40,034 nucleotides of DNA from a virus: UHGV virus genome UHGV-0388909. One strand, written 5' to 3'. This document shows positions 9,503-18,260 of this stretch, piece by piece. Both the position numbers and the translations under genes were made by a program. Numbering within the stretch: the first letter of the stretch is position 1; the number at the start of each line of letters is the position of its first letter. The notes beneath the pieces are model-generated. The model was not told where the DNA came from. It did no database searches and saw only the letters and a list, made by a program, of their open reading frames with translations.

Positions 9503-9751
9503 TCATGCAGCGTTGCTCACGGGACGATATACACGTTGCTGAACAGGAGGCTTTTTACCCTGGAACTCTGCCGGGCTTGCTGCCTGACGTTCATCAAGCC
9601 AACGCTCAACTTCATCACGGTTCCATGCGCAGCGTTTATCGGTGATATACCAGCGTTTAGGAAATTCCCCTGCGCGCTCCATACGGTCGATAGTGCTCCA
9701 TGACAGTGGCACCACCGCCAGGAGTTCTTTCTTACCTAATGCACCTTTCAT
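9503..9751 (-). CDS. Excisionase / AlpA-like HTH protein
   Basis: Winged-helix-like pattern ...LSWSTIDRMERAGEFPKRWYI...W..DEVERWL. Confidence 0.55.
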   Translation of the reverse strand: MKGALGKKELLAVVPLSWSTIDRMERAGEFPKRWYITDKRCAWNRDEVERWLDERQAASPAEFQGKKPPVQQRVYRPVSNAA

Positions 9752-9800
9752 GAATACCTCTCTTGGTTGCAGTGCGGCGCACGTGGCGCCGCGGTGGTGG

Positions 9801-10742
9801 TTACATAGATGTTTCGTTTAATTCTTCCCGACGAACGCTGTAAACGTCGGTTGCTTTTGCCAGCAGTTCGTCATCATCTGAAAGTTTTTGTGCAATGTAT
9901 TTGTAAGCCTTATCCAGTTCGGAGACAGTGCTGTAATTCATCGCTGCGCTGGTAAAGGCCATCAGCATTTCTTCTGGATCACGGCTGTCCGATTTACGCG
10001 TTTGCTCATCAGGCTTTTTCGCTGGTTTAGCGTTGATCAGACTGTTCATTCCCGCAGCAGTGGTCGTTTGCGGAGTAATGTCTCGCTCAACGCGCGGTGC
10101 CGTTTCCTGTAATTCGTCTGGGGTGTAGACGCCCATGATTACGTCAGGACAGTGCAGGCGAGACCAGCGTTTTGTCGCAAGGTATGCGAGTTGTTGTTTC
10201 GGATCACTGGCCCAAAGTGTGGAGTTTCTTACCTGTGCTTGAAACAGCATTAACTCAAGCACTCGAGGTTGATCCTCGCCCTTCATGGTTGCCCATACGC
10301 GAACACCGCAGCCTTCTTCGTCTTTTAGAGTCCAGCCTGGTGCGATATATGGATTGCCGTTTTTGGATGTTTTCTCAACAAACTTACCGATCACGCGTTC
10401 CCACGGCCCGAACCACTCGTAGTTGATGCGATCTTTTGTTGGCGACATCGTTGAGATAACTGCGTTTACTAATTGGGCTTCATAACCTAGCGTGCCGTTC
10501 ACAACATGGGTTTTCTGAGCCACGGCAAACGGGTTCATTCCCCACTGCGCAGCCTGCATTGCCACGGCCATGCAATCAGCTGGTTTCCCGGCGAGGTGCG
10601 CCGGTACCGTTACGCGGCTTTGCGCCATTACCTCGGCGAATTTCATCAGTTGGTTCAAGCCGTCTGGGCTGAAAATAGTTGCAGCAGTTCCAGCGATTGC
10701 TGTGTCTACTGGTGCGTTGATGTTTGCGATGTCGTTGCTCAT
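9801..10742 (-). CDS. Single-strand annealing protein (Bet/RecT superfamily)
   Basis: AQWGMNPF motif resembling Bet-family QYGLNPW; ATG at 10742 overlaps the exonuclease stop (ATATGA). Confidence 0.55.
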   Translation of the reverse strand: MSNDIANINAPVDTAIAGTAATIFSPDGLNQLMKFAEVMAQSRVTVPAHLAGKPADCMAVAMQAAQWGMNPFAVAQKTHVVNGTLGYEAQLVNAVISTMSPTKDRINYEWFGPWERVIGKFVEKTSKNGNPYIAPGWTLKDEEGCGVRVWATMKGEDQPRVLELMLFQAQVRNSTLWASDPKQQLAYLATKRWSRLHCPDVIMGVYTPDELQETAPRVERDITPQTTTAAGMNSLINAKPAKKPDEQTRKSDSRDPEEMLMAFTSAAMNYSTVSELDKAYKYIAQKLSDDDELLAKATDVYSVRREELNETSM

Positions 10743-11560
10743 ATGTACATATCCTGTTTGCGTGCCCACTCAGGGCGTTTAATGATTTCCACACCGCCCC
10801 ATTCATCATTGATGCGGCATTCGTGATAGGTATTCAGATCCCGGCGGAACAGAGCGTGCCCGGCATCGACATCCGGCGCATCCAGCCCGAACACGCGTAC
10901 CGGATACCGACCACAATCAATGCTTTCGCTCACGGCAAGAAAGAAAAAACCATGCGGCTGACCAGTAACCCTCATTGCGCCTTCGCGGTACATTGCGTCC
11001 TGCACGTGGTAGCGGAATTCCTCGATGTGACGTGCAAAACGGTCCATATCTGCAACCTTTTTCACGTCGACGATCACGTTGTGCTCGTTCAGCCATTTGT
11101 CTGGACGAATTCGGCACAACTCACCCGTCTCTTCATCGTTCCAGTACATTGATGCTTCGCAGTAACCAGGTGCTTCCAGCATCCAGCGTGCCGCCGGGTG
11201 AGCCATTGCGCTATCACGCATCAGCTCCAGTTTCCGCCACTGCTCGGCATCAAGTACCGTAATCCCCATATCCGCTACATCACGAAGAAATGCTTCTTCG
11301 TCAGCTTTACCTTGTTTCGTCCGACGATCGAACTTCGGTGAAACAATGAAGCGTTTGTCGAATTCTCCAGGCTCCAGAAGCAGACAGTGCAATGCGGTTC
11401 CCATATCCAGTGCAGACTTTTTCTCTTCGTCTTCTGGTGCTGCCTGAACCCATTTAAGAAGCGCCGGATTCTTGGCAACCATGTCCAGTTGCGACTTACT
11501 CACGCCGTCACCGGCGTGGTAGTCTTCGTTGCTGATGTCGAAATAAATTCCCGGTTTCAT
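10739..11560 (-). CDS. Recombination exonuclease (PD-(D/E)XK-type), partner of the annealing protein
   Basis: Position and translational coupling with the annealing protein gene; nuclease family not verifiable without search. Confidence 0.5.
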   Translation of the reverse strand: MKPGIYFDISNEDYHAGDGVSKSQLDMVAKNPALLKWVQAAPEDEEKKSALDMGTALHCLLLEPGEFDKRFIVSPKFDRRTKQGKADEEAFLRDVADMGITVLDAEQWRKLELMRDSAMAHPAARWMLEAPGYCEASMYWNDEETGELCRIRPDKWLNEHNVIVDVKKVADMDRFARHIEEFRYHVQDAMYREGAMRVTGQPHGFFFLAVSESIDCGRYPVRVFGLDAPDVDAGHALFRRDLNTYHECRINDEWGGVEIIKRPEWARKQDMYI

Positions 11561-11856
11561 GCCGCTTCCCTCTGCCCATCAATCCGATCCGCCAGATCCC
11601 AGCGGGCGATAATTGCCATTGCCTCGCGCCGGTAGGCATCCATTAGTTCTTCGAACTCAGGGCTGTCTTTAGCTGCTTCCAGTACTTCCTGACGAACGCC
11701 TTTGCCTGTTACAACGTCGAAAGTTGAGGACAGTTGATGAAGTCGGATGCTCTCAATCAGTTCAACTTGTCGGTCATATAGCTGTTCTGACAGGCGGTAG
11801 TCCTTGTCGAATGCCAGCATGATTTTTTGAAGATTTTTCTGCTGATTAACGTTCAT
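11557..11856 (-). CDS. Hypothetical protein adjacent to the recombination genes
   Basis: Start ATG at 11856 with GGGAGGG upstream; ORF track extends to 11871. Confidence 0.45.
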   Translation of the reverse strand: MNVNQQKNLQKIMLAFDKDYRLSEQLYDRQVELIESIRLHQLSSTFDVVTGKGVRQEVLEAAKDSPEFEELMDAYRREAMAIIARWDLADRIDGQREAA

Positions 11857-11858
11857 TA

Positions 11859-12011
11859 TCAGCCCTCCCATATCTCGTTATCGTTGGCCACATCGCGAGC
11901 TTCTTTGCTGACGAAAGCCCACTTAATGCCTTCCTGTAAGGTGCGGAACTTCCAGCTCATGAATCCGCATGCAGTAACGCAGTACCAACCGTTGATGATT
12001 TTCCACTGCAT
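11859..12011 (-). CDS. Small ORF (50 aa), first gene of the leftward early operon
   Basis: Own translation; below ORF-track size cutoff; no homology claim. Confidence 0.3.
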   Translation of the reverse strand: MQWKIINGWYCVTACGFMSWKFRTLQEGIKWAFVSKEARDVANDNEIWEG

Positions 12012-12030
12012 AACTTGTTACCTCGGTCTG

Positions 12031-12107
12031 TTACCGTTGAGGTAATAATTATGCTTATTTGGTTTGGTGTCAATAGATATGAGTTAAAAAAATTACCCGT
12101 AAGGTAA
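12031..12107. promoter_or_regulatory. Leftward operator region: two perfect palindromes (12031-12045 TTACCGTTGAGGTAA; 12093-12107 TTACCCGTAAGGTAA)
   Basis: Between the repressor gene terminator and the start of the leftward operon. Confidence 0.6.
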
Positions 12108-12120
12108 TCTATCTGGCAAT

Positions 12121-12146
12121 AAAAAAGCCGCCATGAGGCGGCTTAC
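12121..12146 (-). terminator. Rho-independent terminator of the repressor gene
   Basis: Minus strand reads aagccgcc-tcat-ggcggctt followed by T6. Confidence 0.75.
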
Positions 12147-12164
12147 TTACTGAAAACTATAGTT

Positions 12165-12749
12165 TTATTGTTTGTTTTTTTCGTTCTGGTTGATGACAAA
12201 TTCAATGTAACTTTCGATCTTTGCTTTCTCGGTTTCGGGTAACAATGCGTAGCGTGAGCGGTCATAGTTGATAGTCGCAGGGTCGTGCGGGTGAATCAGT
12301 AGTTCATATCCGTGACGCCCGAATGCGGATGCAACATTCTCCAGGGTGGAAATGGAAACGCTGACCTCATTGTTTAACAGGCGGCTGATTGTCACCTGGG
12401 CGACGCCGGATGCGCGGTGAAGTTTTCCCTGTGTTGAAAGGTCGCGGCTTTCGCTCATCCAGCGTTCCAGGTTGTGAGCCGCCAGCTGACCTATATCGCT
12501 CGGGCCGACAGGCTGAAAACCCTCCTGAGAAAGCGAACGATCAATATCAAGCCAGTTACGGGGTTTATTGGCGGCCGCTTCAATTTTTCGTGCAACCTGG
12601 TCGCCGATAACCTTCTTGCCAAGAGCCCAGCGGTTTACCAGATTTGCCTGAGTTCCAAGTTTTTCTGCCATCCGCGTCTGAACACCATTGAATTCACGGT
12701 CGATCAAGTCGTTGAGATTTTGCCTGCGGACGTCCTGGATACTTTTCAT
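12165..12749 (-). CDS. Immunity repressor candidate: two HTH domains, no LexA-like peptidase domain
   Basis: HTH-like segments near residues 20-45 and 110-140; no GDSM/Ser-Lys peptidase motifs; divergent from the Cro-like gene. Confidence 0.6.
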   Translation of the reverse strand: MKSIQDVRRQNLNDLIDREFNGVQTRMAEKLGTQANLVNRWALGKKVIGDQVARKIEAAANKPRNWLDIDRSLSQEGFQPVGPSDIGQLAAHNLERWMSESRDLSTQGKLHRASGVAQVTISRLLNNEVSVSISTLENVASAFGRHGYELLIHPHDPATINYDRSRYALLPETEKAKIESYIEFVINQNEKNKQ

Positions 12750-12804
12750 TTTCTGGAAAATCGCCTCATATATGAATCAGTAGATGATTCAATTTAAAGC
12801 AATA

Positions 12805-12867
12805 TTACCCAACAGGTAAATGCACCTCATAGGTAACTATCCTTGATTTTTGTTACCTTATGGGTGA
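12805..12867. promoter_or_regulatory. Rightward operator region: one perfect palindrome (12805-12819) and two degenerate copies (12822-12836, 12853-12867)
   Basis: Three sites about 20-25 bp apart between the divergent repressor and cro-like genes. Confidence 0.6.
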
Positions 12868-12903
12868 ATATTTATTATCTGAAATAAATATCAGGCAATA
12901 GCT

Positions 12904-13134
12904 ATGAGCGATAACGGACATTTCGATTTCAAAAAGCACTGGCTTGCACTTACTCCGGATGAGCGTGAAGCCTTCGCACAGGAAGCCGGAACGACGAGTC
13001 ACTATATCCAGACTCACTTAACAGGTAAGCGCAAAATGCCAGGTAAGGTATTGATGAATGGGCTTTTTAAAGCCTGTAAAACAAGACAATGGCTGCGCTC
13101 AAAAGCGGAACTGGCATACTTCTTCTACTCATGA
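12904..13134 (+). CDS. Cro-like small DNA-binding protein
   Basis: 76 aa, basic, divergent from the repressor gene. Confidence 0.5.
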   Translation: MSDNGHFDFKKHWLALTPDEREAFAQEAGTTSHYIQTHLTGKRKMPGKVLMNGLFKACKTRQWLRSKAELAYFFYS

Positions 13135-13156
13135 TATCTGGCAACAACCCTCTGTA

Positions 13157-13180
13157 GACCGCCATCCGGCGGTCTTTTCA
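13157..13180 (+). terminator. Rho-independent terminator after the cro-like gene
   Basis: Stem gaccgcc/ggcggtc with loop atcc, followed by TTTTC. Confidence 0.7.
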
Positions 13181-13284
13181 TATCTATTCGTACCTCAAAG
13201 GTAATAAAAAACCAAATCTGGTTGATCTTTTTTTTGTGTCAGCACAAAATAACCGTAATCCCAATACTAATAACAGGGCTTACC

Positions 13285-13485
13285 ATGGAAATCATTACAC
13301 GTATTGATGCCGCAAAGCGCGGACTTAAACGCTACTACACCGGAAAACCATGTAAGCACGGACATGACAGTGAACGCTGGGTTTACAACGGACACTGTGT
13401 TGAGTGCACCATGGAGTCAAACCGTCGCATCAGGGCAGAGATTAAGCAGATCATGATTAATTCCTCCCCACAACACTCAAGCTGA
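13285..13485 (+). CDS. Small zinc-ribbon protein (putative early regulator)
   Basis: CKHGHDSERWVYNGHCVEC motif; ATG at 13285; degenerate palindrome at 13190-13204 upstream. Confidence 0.45.
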   Translation: MEIITRIDAAKRGLKRYYTGKPCKHGHDSERWVYNGHCVECTMESNRRIRAEIKQIMINSSPQHSS

Positions 13486-13500
13486 TAGCGGAGATTAATC

Positions 13501-14334
13501 ATGAGCAGACATGCAACAGATTGGGCCTGGGAGACAGATCCAGGTAGCTCATCATTAAAGCTCATACTGCTCTCGATGGCTGACAGAGCCGATGAATATA
13601 ACCTCTGCTACCCCAGCATAGAACGCCTCGTTAAAGACACTTGCCTGAATAAAAAAACCGTGCAGGCCGGGCTTATATCGCTCATGAAAATGGGGCTTAT
13701 TTCAGATACCGGAGAGAGAAAGGGAGCGACAAAAAGAGTGCGGGTTTTCTCTCTTAATATAACCAAAAACGGGAACATTAAAGGCAACCGGGAGGGGGGC
13801 AATGATCCCGAAAACGGTAATGTTACCGAAAACGGGAATATACCCAAAAACGGGATGTTGAATGATCCCAAAAACGGGATGTTGAATGATCCCAAAAACG
13901 GGATCCAGAACCAGTCATATAACCAGTCATTTAACCAAGAGAGGGAGAGCAGGACAAAAACCGGGGATTCTGTGCCTCATGACCCCGTCGCAAACAACGC
14001 CGTGATGAATAACTTTGTTCCTCCTGGTGGGCCAGGGCAATTAGGTAAATTTGTCATGCATGAACAATGGCAGCCATCAGATGACTTTCTTCGGAAAAGC
14101 TCATTGCAGGGAATCTACCTGGACAGTCTGCCAACGGCACAGGAACTTGCAGAGTTCAGAATTTACTGGATGGCTGAGGGTAAGGCATACCATCAGGCAC
14201 AGTGGGAGCAGAAGCTGGCAAGGCGCATCCAGTTCTGTAGACAGAAATCAGGTGAAGTCAGAAAGAGCCTTGACTGGCATAACACTGACTGGATAGATGA
14301 GGTGTGGGATGAAATCAACTCCAGAACTTCTTAA
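13501..14334 (+). CDS. Replication initiator (lambda O-like organisation) with internal iterons
   Basis: N-terminal HTH-like domain; central low-complexity region encoded by iterons; position after cro. Confidence 0.6.
   Translation: MSRHATDWAWETDPGSSSLKLILLSMADRADEYNLCYPSIERLVKDTCLNKKTVQAGLISLMKMGLISDTGERKGATKRVRVFSLNITKNGNIKGNREGGNDPENGNVTENGNIPKNGMLNDPKNGMLNDPKNGIQNQSYNQSFNQERESRTKTGDSVPHDPVANNAVMNNFVPPGGPGQLGKFVMHEQWQPSDDFLRKSSLQGIYLDSLPTAQELAEFRIYWMAEGKAYHQAQWEQKLARRIQFCRQKSGEVRKSLDWHNTDWIDEVWDEINSRTS
13763..13906 (+). repeat. Iterons: about six copies of CC(C/G)AAAACGGGA(A/T), last three at 24-25 bp spacing; candidate replication origin
   Basis: Direct repeats including exact 24-bp duplication cccaaaaacgggatgttgaatgat. 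Confidence 0.7.
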
Positions 14335-15091
14335 TGAGTACGATCGCTTTCGTGGTGGGCATGACCACTCGACGGCGGTTGCTTCTGCTGACGATGAAAG
14401 GGCAAAGAAGGAGCAGGTTGCAAGAATTTTCAACGAAATGTTTGTCCAGTTACAGGCTGCATTTCCAGGCAGCATCGCTGCTATCAGCGAGCAAGGAAAG
14501 CTAAACGAATTTCGAAAACAATGGATGCTTGCGTTTCTGGAGAATGGGATCACAACAATGGAACAGGTTAACGCTGGTATGCGCCACGCCCGCGCCAGTG
14601 AATCTCCGTTCTGGCCGTCGCCTGGGCAATTCATCAAGTGGTGCAAAGACAGCAAGATGGTTCTTGGCGTCACCATTGACGATGTGATGGCGGAGTTTCA
14701 CCGGTACAGCAAGGAAAAAAGTTTATATCCTGGTGGTCCCGAAAGATTCCCGTGGCGACATCCGGTTATGTACTGGGTCGTATGTGATACCCGCCGTGCA
14801 ATGTATCAGCGCCAGCTTAGCGAGATTGAGGTTGAGAAACACGCGCGCAGGCTGCTCGATGATTGGGCGAAAAAGGTGGCTTCCGGACAGCAGATACCCG
14901 ATCCGGTGATCAGCATACAGGCAAAGCCAGAACCCATGAGTACACCTCCGGACACAGGGAGAGACGTTTACCATCCACCAGGGCGAAGTTTCGGGTGCAT
15001 GCCTAACGCCGCCACCCTTGGGGGAATAACACCGGCGCAGTGGCTGATGGAGGAATACAGGCGGGGAAAGGCGGCAGGATTTATCAAGTAA
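14297..15091 (+). CDS. Replication protein, possible helicase loader (lambda P-like position)
   Basis: Follows and overlaps the initiator gene; function assigned by synteny only. Confidence 0.4.
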   Translation: MRCGMKSTPELLNEYDRFRGGHDHSTAVASADDERAKKEQVARIFNEMFVQLQAAFPGSIAAISEQGKLNEFRKQWMLAFLENGITTMEQVNAGMRHARASESPFWPSPGQFIKWCKDSKMVLGVTIDDVMAEFHRYSKEKSLYPGGPERFPWRHPVMYWVVCDTRRAMYQRQLSEIEVEKHARRLLDDWAKKVASGQQIPDPVISIQAKPEPMSTPPDTGRDVYHPPGRSFGCMPNAATLGGITPAQWLMEEYRRGKAAGFIK

Positions 15092-15128
15092 TACCAGCGC
15101 GATAGCGCATTTTTTTACGTCTCGATGA

Positions 15129-15205
15129 TTACCTACTGGGTAATAAAATATTCTAAAATCTATTGATTTAGTGTCTTATGTGGTTTTTAATTACCTCAGG
15201 GGTAA
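15129..15205. promoter_or_regulatory. Two perfect palindromes (15129-15143 TTACCTACTGGGTAA; 15191-15205 TTACCTCAGGGGTAA)
   Basis: Second site ends 3 nt before the ATG at 15209. Confidence 0.55.
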
Positions 15206-15208
15206 ATC

Positions 15209-15553
15209 ATGAGAAAACAGATACAGGCTCTTGGTCGACTCAAAACAGGCCAGATGAACAAAACAGAATCTGCGTATTGCCAGCACCTTGAGCAGCGTAA
15301 ACGTGCAGGGGAAATCGCCTGGTATCGGTTCGAGGGTATCAAGCTGCGGTTAGCTGATAACACGTTTTATACGCCAGATTTCGCTGTGATGCTCGCCACC
15401 GGCGAGATGGAACTGCACGAAGTGAAAGGTTTCTGGACCGACGACGCCAGGGTGAAAACCAAAGTCGCCGCAGATCAGTATCCGTTCCGAATCATCGGGG
15501 TAACGGTTAAGCCAAAGAAAGCAGGTGGTGGCTGGAACATCGAAGAGTTCTAA
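15209..15553 (+). CDS. Small nuclease-like protein, possible PD-(D/E)XK fold (DUF1064-like)
   Basis: Motif ...TPDF...ELHEVKG... consistent with a D/E-x-K active site; family not verified. Confidence 0.35.
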   Translation: MRKQIQALGRLKTGQMNKTESAYCQHLEQRKRAGEIAWYRFEGIKLRLADNTFYTPDFAVMLATGEMELHEVKGFWTDDARVKTKVAADQYPFRIIGVTVKPKKAGGGWNIEEF

Positions 15554-15614
15554 ATCGACGATCTTTTTAGTTATCAATGTAATCAATAAGTTATGTGGAT
15601 AAGCGAGGGTAAAG

Positions 15615-16127
15615 ATGGAAAGTAATATCAAAGGGTTAGTTTCCGCCGGGCATGAGATGGCTTCGGAACTGAAAGCAGAATGTGGTGCCGTTGATATGCG
15701 CAGTGTGGCAAAGCTGATCAGCGATTTGGCAACGCAACTGGAAGTGCAACTGGTGCGTGCTAATGCGCTGGCGGCGGAGAATGCGGGGCTTAAACAGTCG
15801 GAGAAGGAATTTAATAACTTCTGTCGTCAGGAGTACTACGGTTGGGAGGACAACTTCACGGAAACCCCAGCCACCGACGCTTTCCTGGCTGAAGTGAAGA
15901 CTGAAGCACGCAAGGAGGGCGCTTACTTTGTGGCGAACAGAATGCTGGCTGCCTGGGAAGCTGGTTTTATTGATGATACTGCGAAGAACGCCGCGGATAT
16001 TGCCCGGATGATTCTTACCTCTACTGAGTTTATGGCTAATGCGCCGGAAGGCGATTTTGACCGCTCATTCTCTGATGGCGTTCTCGAAGATATCGCCGCC
16101 CAGCTTCGCAAAGGAGGCAACCAGTGA
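15615..16127 (+). CDS. Hypothetical protein
   Basis: ORF track; ATGA overlap with next gene. Confidence 0.4.
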   Translation: MESNIKGLVSAGHEMASELKAECGAVDMRSVAKLISDLATQLEVQLVRANALAAENAGLKQSEKEFNNFCRQEYYGWEDNFTETPATDAFLAEVKTEARKEGAYFVANRMLAAWEAGFIDDTAKNAADIARMILTSTEFMANAPEGDFDRSFSDGVLEDIAAQLRKGGNQ

Positions 16128-16759
16128 GCAAGATTGACTATCAGGCACTGCGTGAGTTAGCAAAACAGGCAACACAGGGCGAATGGGTCGCATTTATTTC
16201 GTCTGGTACTGGTACGTATGCGGTGCATACGCCCGGTGATGAACGATGTGAAGACGTTATCAAATGGACCGGCTTTGATGGACAGAAAAACGCAGAGAAC
16301 AACGCCCATTATATCGCAGCTTTCAACCCTGAAGTAGTGCAGGCATTACTGGATGAACTGGAAGCCAAAGACAAAGCATGGTCCGCTCAGGACAACCATA
16401 TCAACCAGCTGGCTGAACGAATTGAATCGCTGGAGAAGAAGAATGGCGAGATGGGAAGATCGCTGGAAGCCGCAGAGAAGCGCATAGCAGAACTGGAAGC
16501 ACGGGAAATAAAACCAGCCAAAGGCGAAGTTCTTGTCGTTGTTTCTGGTTTTACTGGTTGCGGAAAAAGCGCCATTGCCGGGGAAATAGAAATCGCGATG
16601 AAGGCTATTGGTGTACCGGTTAAGTGGACTAATGGCGATGCAGAAAAGCGCATGACTGGCGCTGACTGGCTGACAGCGATTGAGATGTACAAACCAACTG
16701 TGCGCATCGTGGAAGTTAATGTGCCACGCGTCGCTGGCATTCGCATCAAAGGAGAGTGA
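16124..16759 (+). CDS. Ead/Ea22-like protein (coiled-coil)
   Basis: N-terminal pattern ...QGEW...NAHYIAAFNPEVVQALLDELEA... recalled from lambdoid prophage Ea22-like proteins. Confidence 0.45.
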   Translation: MSKIDYQALRELAKQATQGEWVAFISSGTGTYAVHTPGDERCEDVIKWTGFDGQKNAENNAHYIAAFNPEVVQALLDELEAKDKAWSAQDNHINQLAERIESLEKKNGEMGRSLEAAEKRIAELEAREIKPAKGEVLVVVSGFTGCGKSAIAGEIEIAMKAIGVPVKWTNGDAEKRMTGADWLTAIEMYKPTVRIVEVNVPRVAGIRIKGE

Positions 16760-16760
16760 T

Positions 16761-17537
16761 ATGAGCGCTATAACCAAAGAACGTATCGAATTATTCATTA
16801 AAAATCCGCTTGATAACGGGCTTACCCGTGGCGAACAAATGGAAGTGGCACGAATTGCACTGGCATCGCTTGAGACAAAACCAATAGGTGCATTCCACAT
16901 TGCAGAACAGCAAGTTGACGGTACAAGTGACTACATCAAGGATGGAGAGTGGCCTATTGATAATGGGACAATTGAAGTATACGCCGCTCCCCCCGTTCCC
17001 GTAATACAGGCTGATGTCGCGCAAGCAATTGAAAATCTCAAGCAGAAGTTAGTGGAATGCAATCGCTATAACTACTGTGCAGATGCAGTTAAAGGCGTAG
17101 AGGATGCCTGCCGTGCTGTTAGCTATAGCCAAGTCGACAATCAGCCAGCATCTGGCAACCAGGCTGCCGAATCCAATCGCGGTAATGAGTGGACCGGCAA
17201 TCCTGATATTGATAACGCAATCATCATGCTCGACCGCATAGATACGGCGGAAAGTTACGATGATGACCGTATTGAGGCTGTTAAGGCTGTTTTGCGTAGA
17301 CTGGCAGGCAACTCTCCGGTAATTCCGGAGGGTTGGATAAGCTGTAGTGAGCGAATGCCGAAAGAAACGGGTGACATTATTGTTGTTTCGGATGGCATTG
17401 TAATGTCCGGGATTTCTTATTCTCGTCGTGACGGGTTCTATATAGCCGCATTGGAGTACGACGACGATGAGCCAATTGGCGGTGTAACCCACTGGATGCC
17501 GCTACCGAAACCGCCGCAGGAGGTTAACCGTGGCTAA
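16761..17537 (+). CDS. Hypothetical protein with DUF551-like C-terminus
   Basis: ATG at 16761 with GGAGAG upstream; C-terminal ...THWMPLPKPP. Confidence 0.45.
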   Translation: MSAITKERIELFIKNPLDNGLTRGEQMEVARIALASLETKPIGAFHIAEQQVDGTSDYIKDGEWPIDNGTIEVYAAPPVPVIQADVAQAIENLKQKLVECNRYNYCADAVKGVEDACRAVSYSQVDNQPASGNQAAESNRGNEWTGNPDIDNAIIMLDRIDTAESYDDDRIEAVKAVLRRLAGNSPVIPEGWISCSERMPKETGDIIVVSDGIVMSGISYSRRDGFYIAALEYDDDEPIGGVTHWMPLPKPPQEVNRG

Positions 17538-17811
17538 CCTGCAACTTGCCGTTAAAGGTGAATACTTCGATGCCATGATTCGCGGAGAGAAAACGGAAGA
17601 GTATCGCCTGTGTAATGACTATTGGAATAAGCGAATTATGTTCCGAAAGTATGACCGTCTGATTATCACAAAGGGATATCCGAAGCGCGACGATTCCAGC
17701 CGCAGAATTGATATTCCGTATGACGGATATGAAATCAAGACAATCACACATCCCCACTTCGGCGATAAACCGGTAAAGGTGTTCGCGATAAAGGTGAATA
17801 TTGATGGCTAA
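17530..17811 (+). CDS. Small hypothetical protein, possibly ASCH/PUA-like
   Basis: GTG start overlapping the previous gene; weak family call. Confidence 0.35.
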   Translation: MANLQLAVKGEYFDAMIRGEKTEEYRLCNDYWNKRIMFRKYDRLIITKGYPKRDDSSRRIDIPYDGYEIKTITHPHFGDKPVKVFAIKVNIDG

Positions 17812-18142
17812 ATCAGCAGCAGAGCGCAAAGCCGCTCAGAGAGCCAGACAAGCTGCATCTGGTGTGCGTAAGCTGGAGATTGTGCTTGATGCTCAGGAAA
17901 TTGAAATGCTGGAGCGGAACTGCGCCGCCCGGCGCCCTGGTCGAGATCCCTATGAAATGGCCGAGTACATCGCGCTGCTGATCCGCCAGGATGATGCCCG
18001 GGTGCGCGGGCGTATAAAATCGATCAGCAGAAAACGTTGCGGTAAGTGCGGCGAGAGAGTTCCAGTTAATTCATGCCCGTGTAATGGTGACTCGCAATGC
18101 TGGGTGACTAAAGGCTGGCATGAAACGAAATTAATAGTGTGA
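17801..18142 (+). CDS. Small basic protein with C-terminal Cys cluster; candidate late-gene regulator
   Basis: CGKCGERVPVNSCPCNGDSQC; last gene before the terminator and late operon. Confidence 0.35.
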   Translation: MMAKSAAERKAAQRARQAASGVRKLEIVLDAQEIEMLERNCAARRPGRDPYEMAEYIALLIRQDDARVRGRIKSISRKRCGKCGERVPVNSCPCNGDSQCWVTKGWHETKLIV

Positions 18143-18191
18143 CATGTCACGAGTAGATTATGCATGATGAATTTGATGGGGTTTGAATACT

Positions 18192-18218
18192 GCCGCCAAC
18201 TATGGCGGCTTTATTTTG
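18192..18218 (+). terminator. Rho-independent terminator between the early-right operon and terS
   Basis: Stem gccgcca/tggcggc, loop acta, followed by TTTATTTT; lies inside the ORF-track extension of terS. Confidence 0.7.
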
Positions 18219-18228
18219 CATGGTACTA

Positions 18229-18260
18229 TTACCACAACGGTAACTATTACCACGGTGGTT
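18229..18260. promoter_or_regulatory. Perfect palindrome (18229-18243 TTACCACAACGGTAA) plus degenerate copy (18246-18260) directly before terS
   Basis: Same palindrome family. Confidence 0.55.

Noticed and set aside
12165-12749. LexA/CI-type self-cleaving peptidase domain in the repressor
   Set aside because: The C-terminal half shows a second HTH-like segment and no Ser/Lys dyad motifs; treated as non-cleavable pending profile search.
13763-13906. CRISPR array
   Set aside because: Repeats are short iterons inside a coding region with no unique spacers; no other CRISPR-like array seen.
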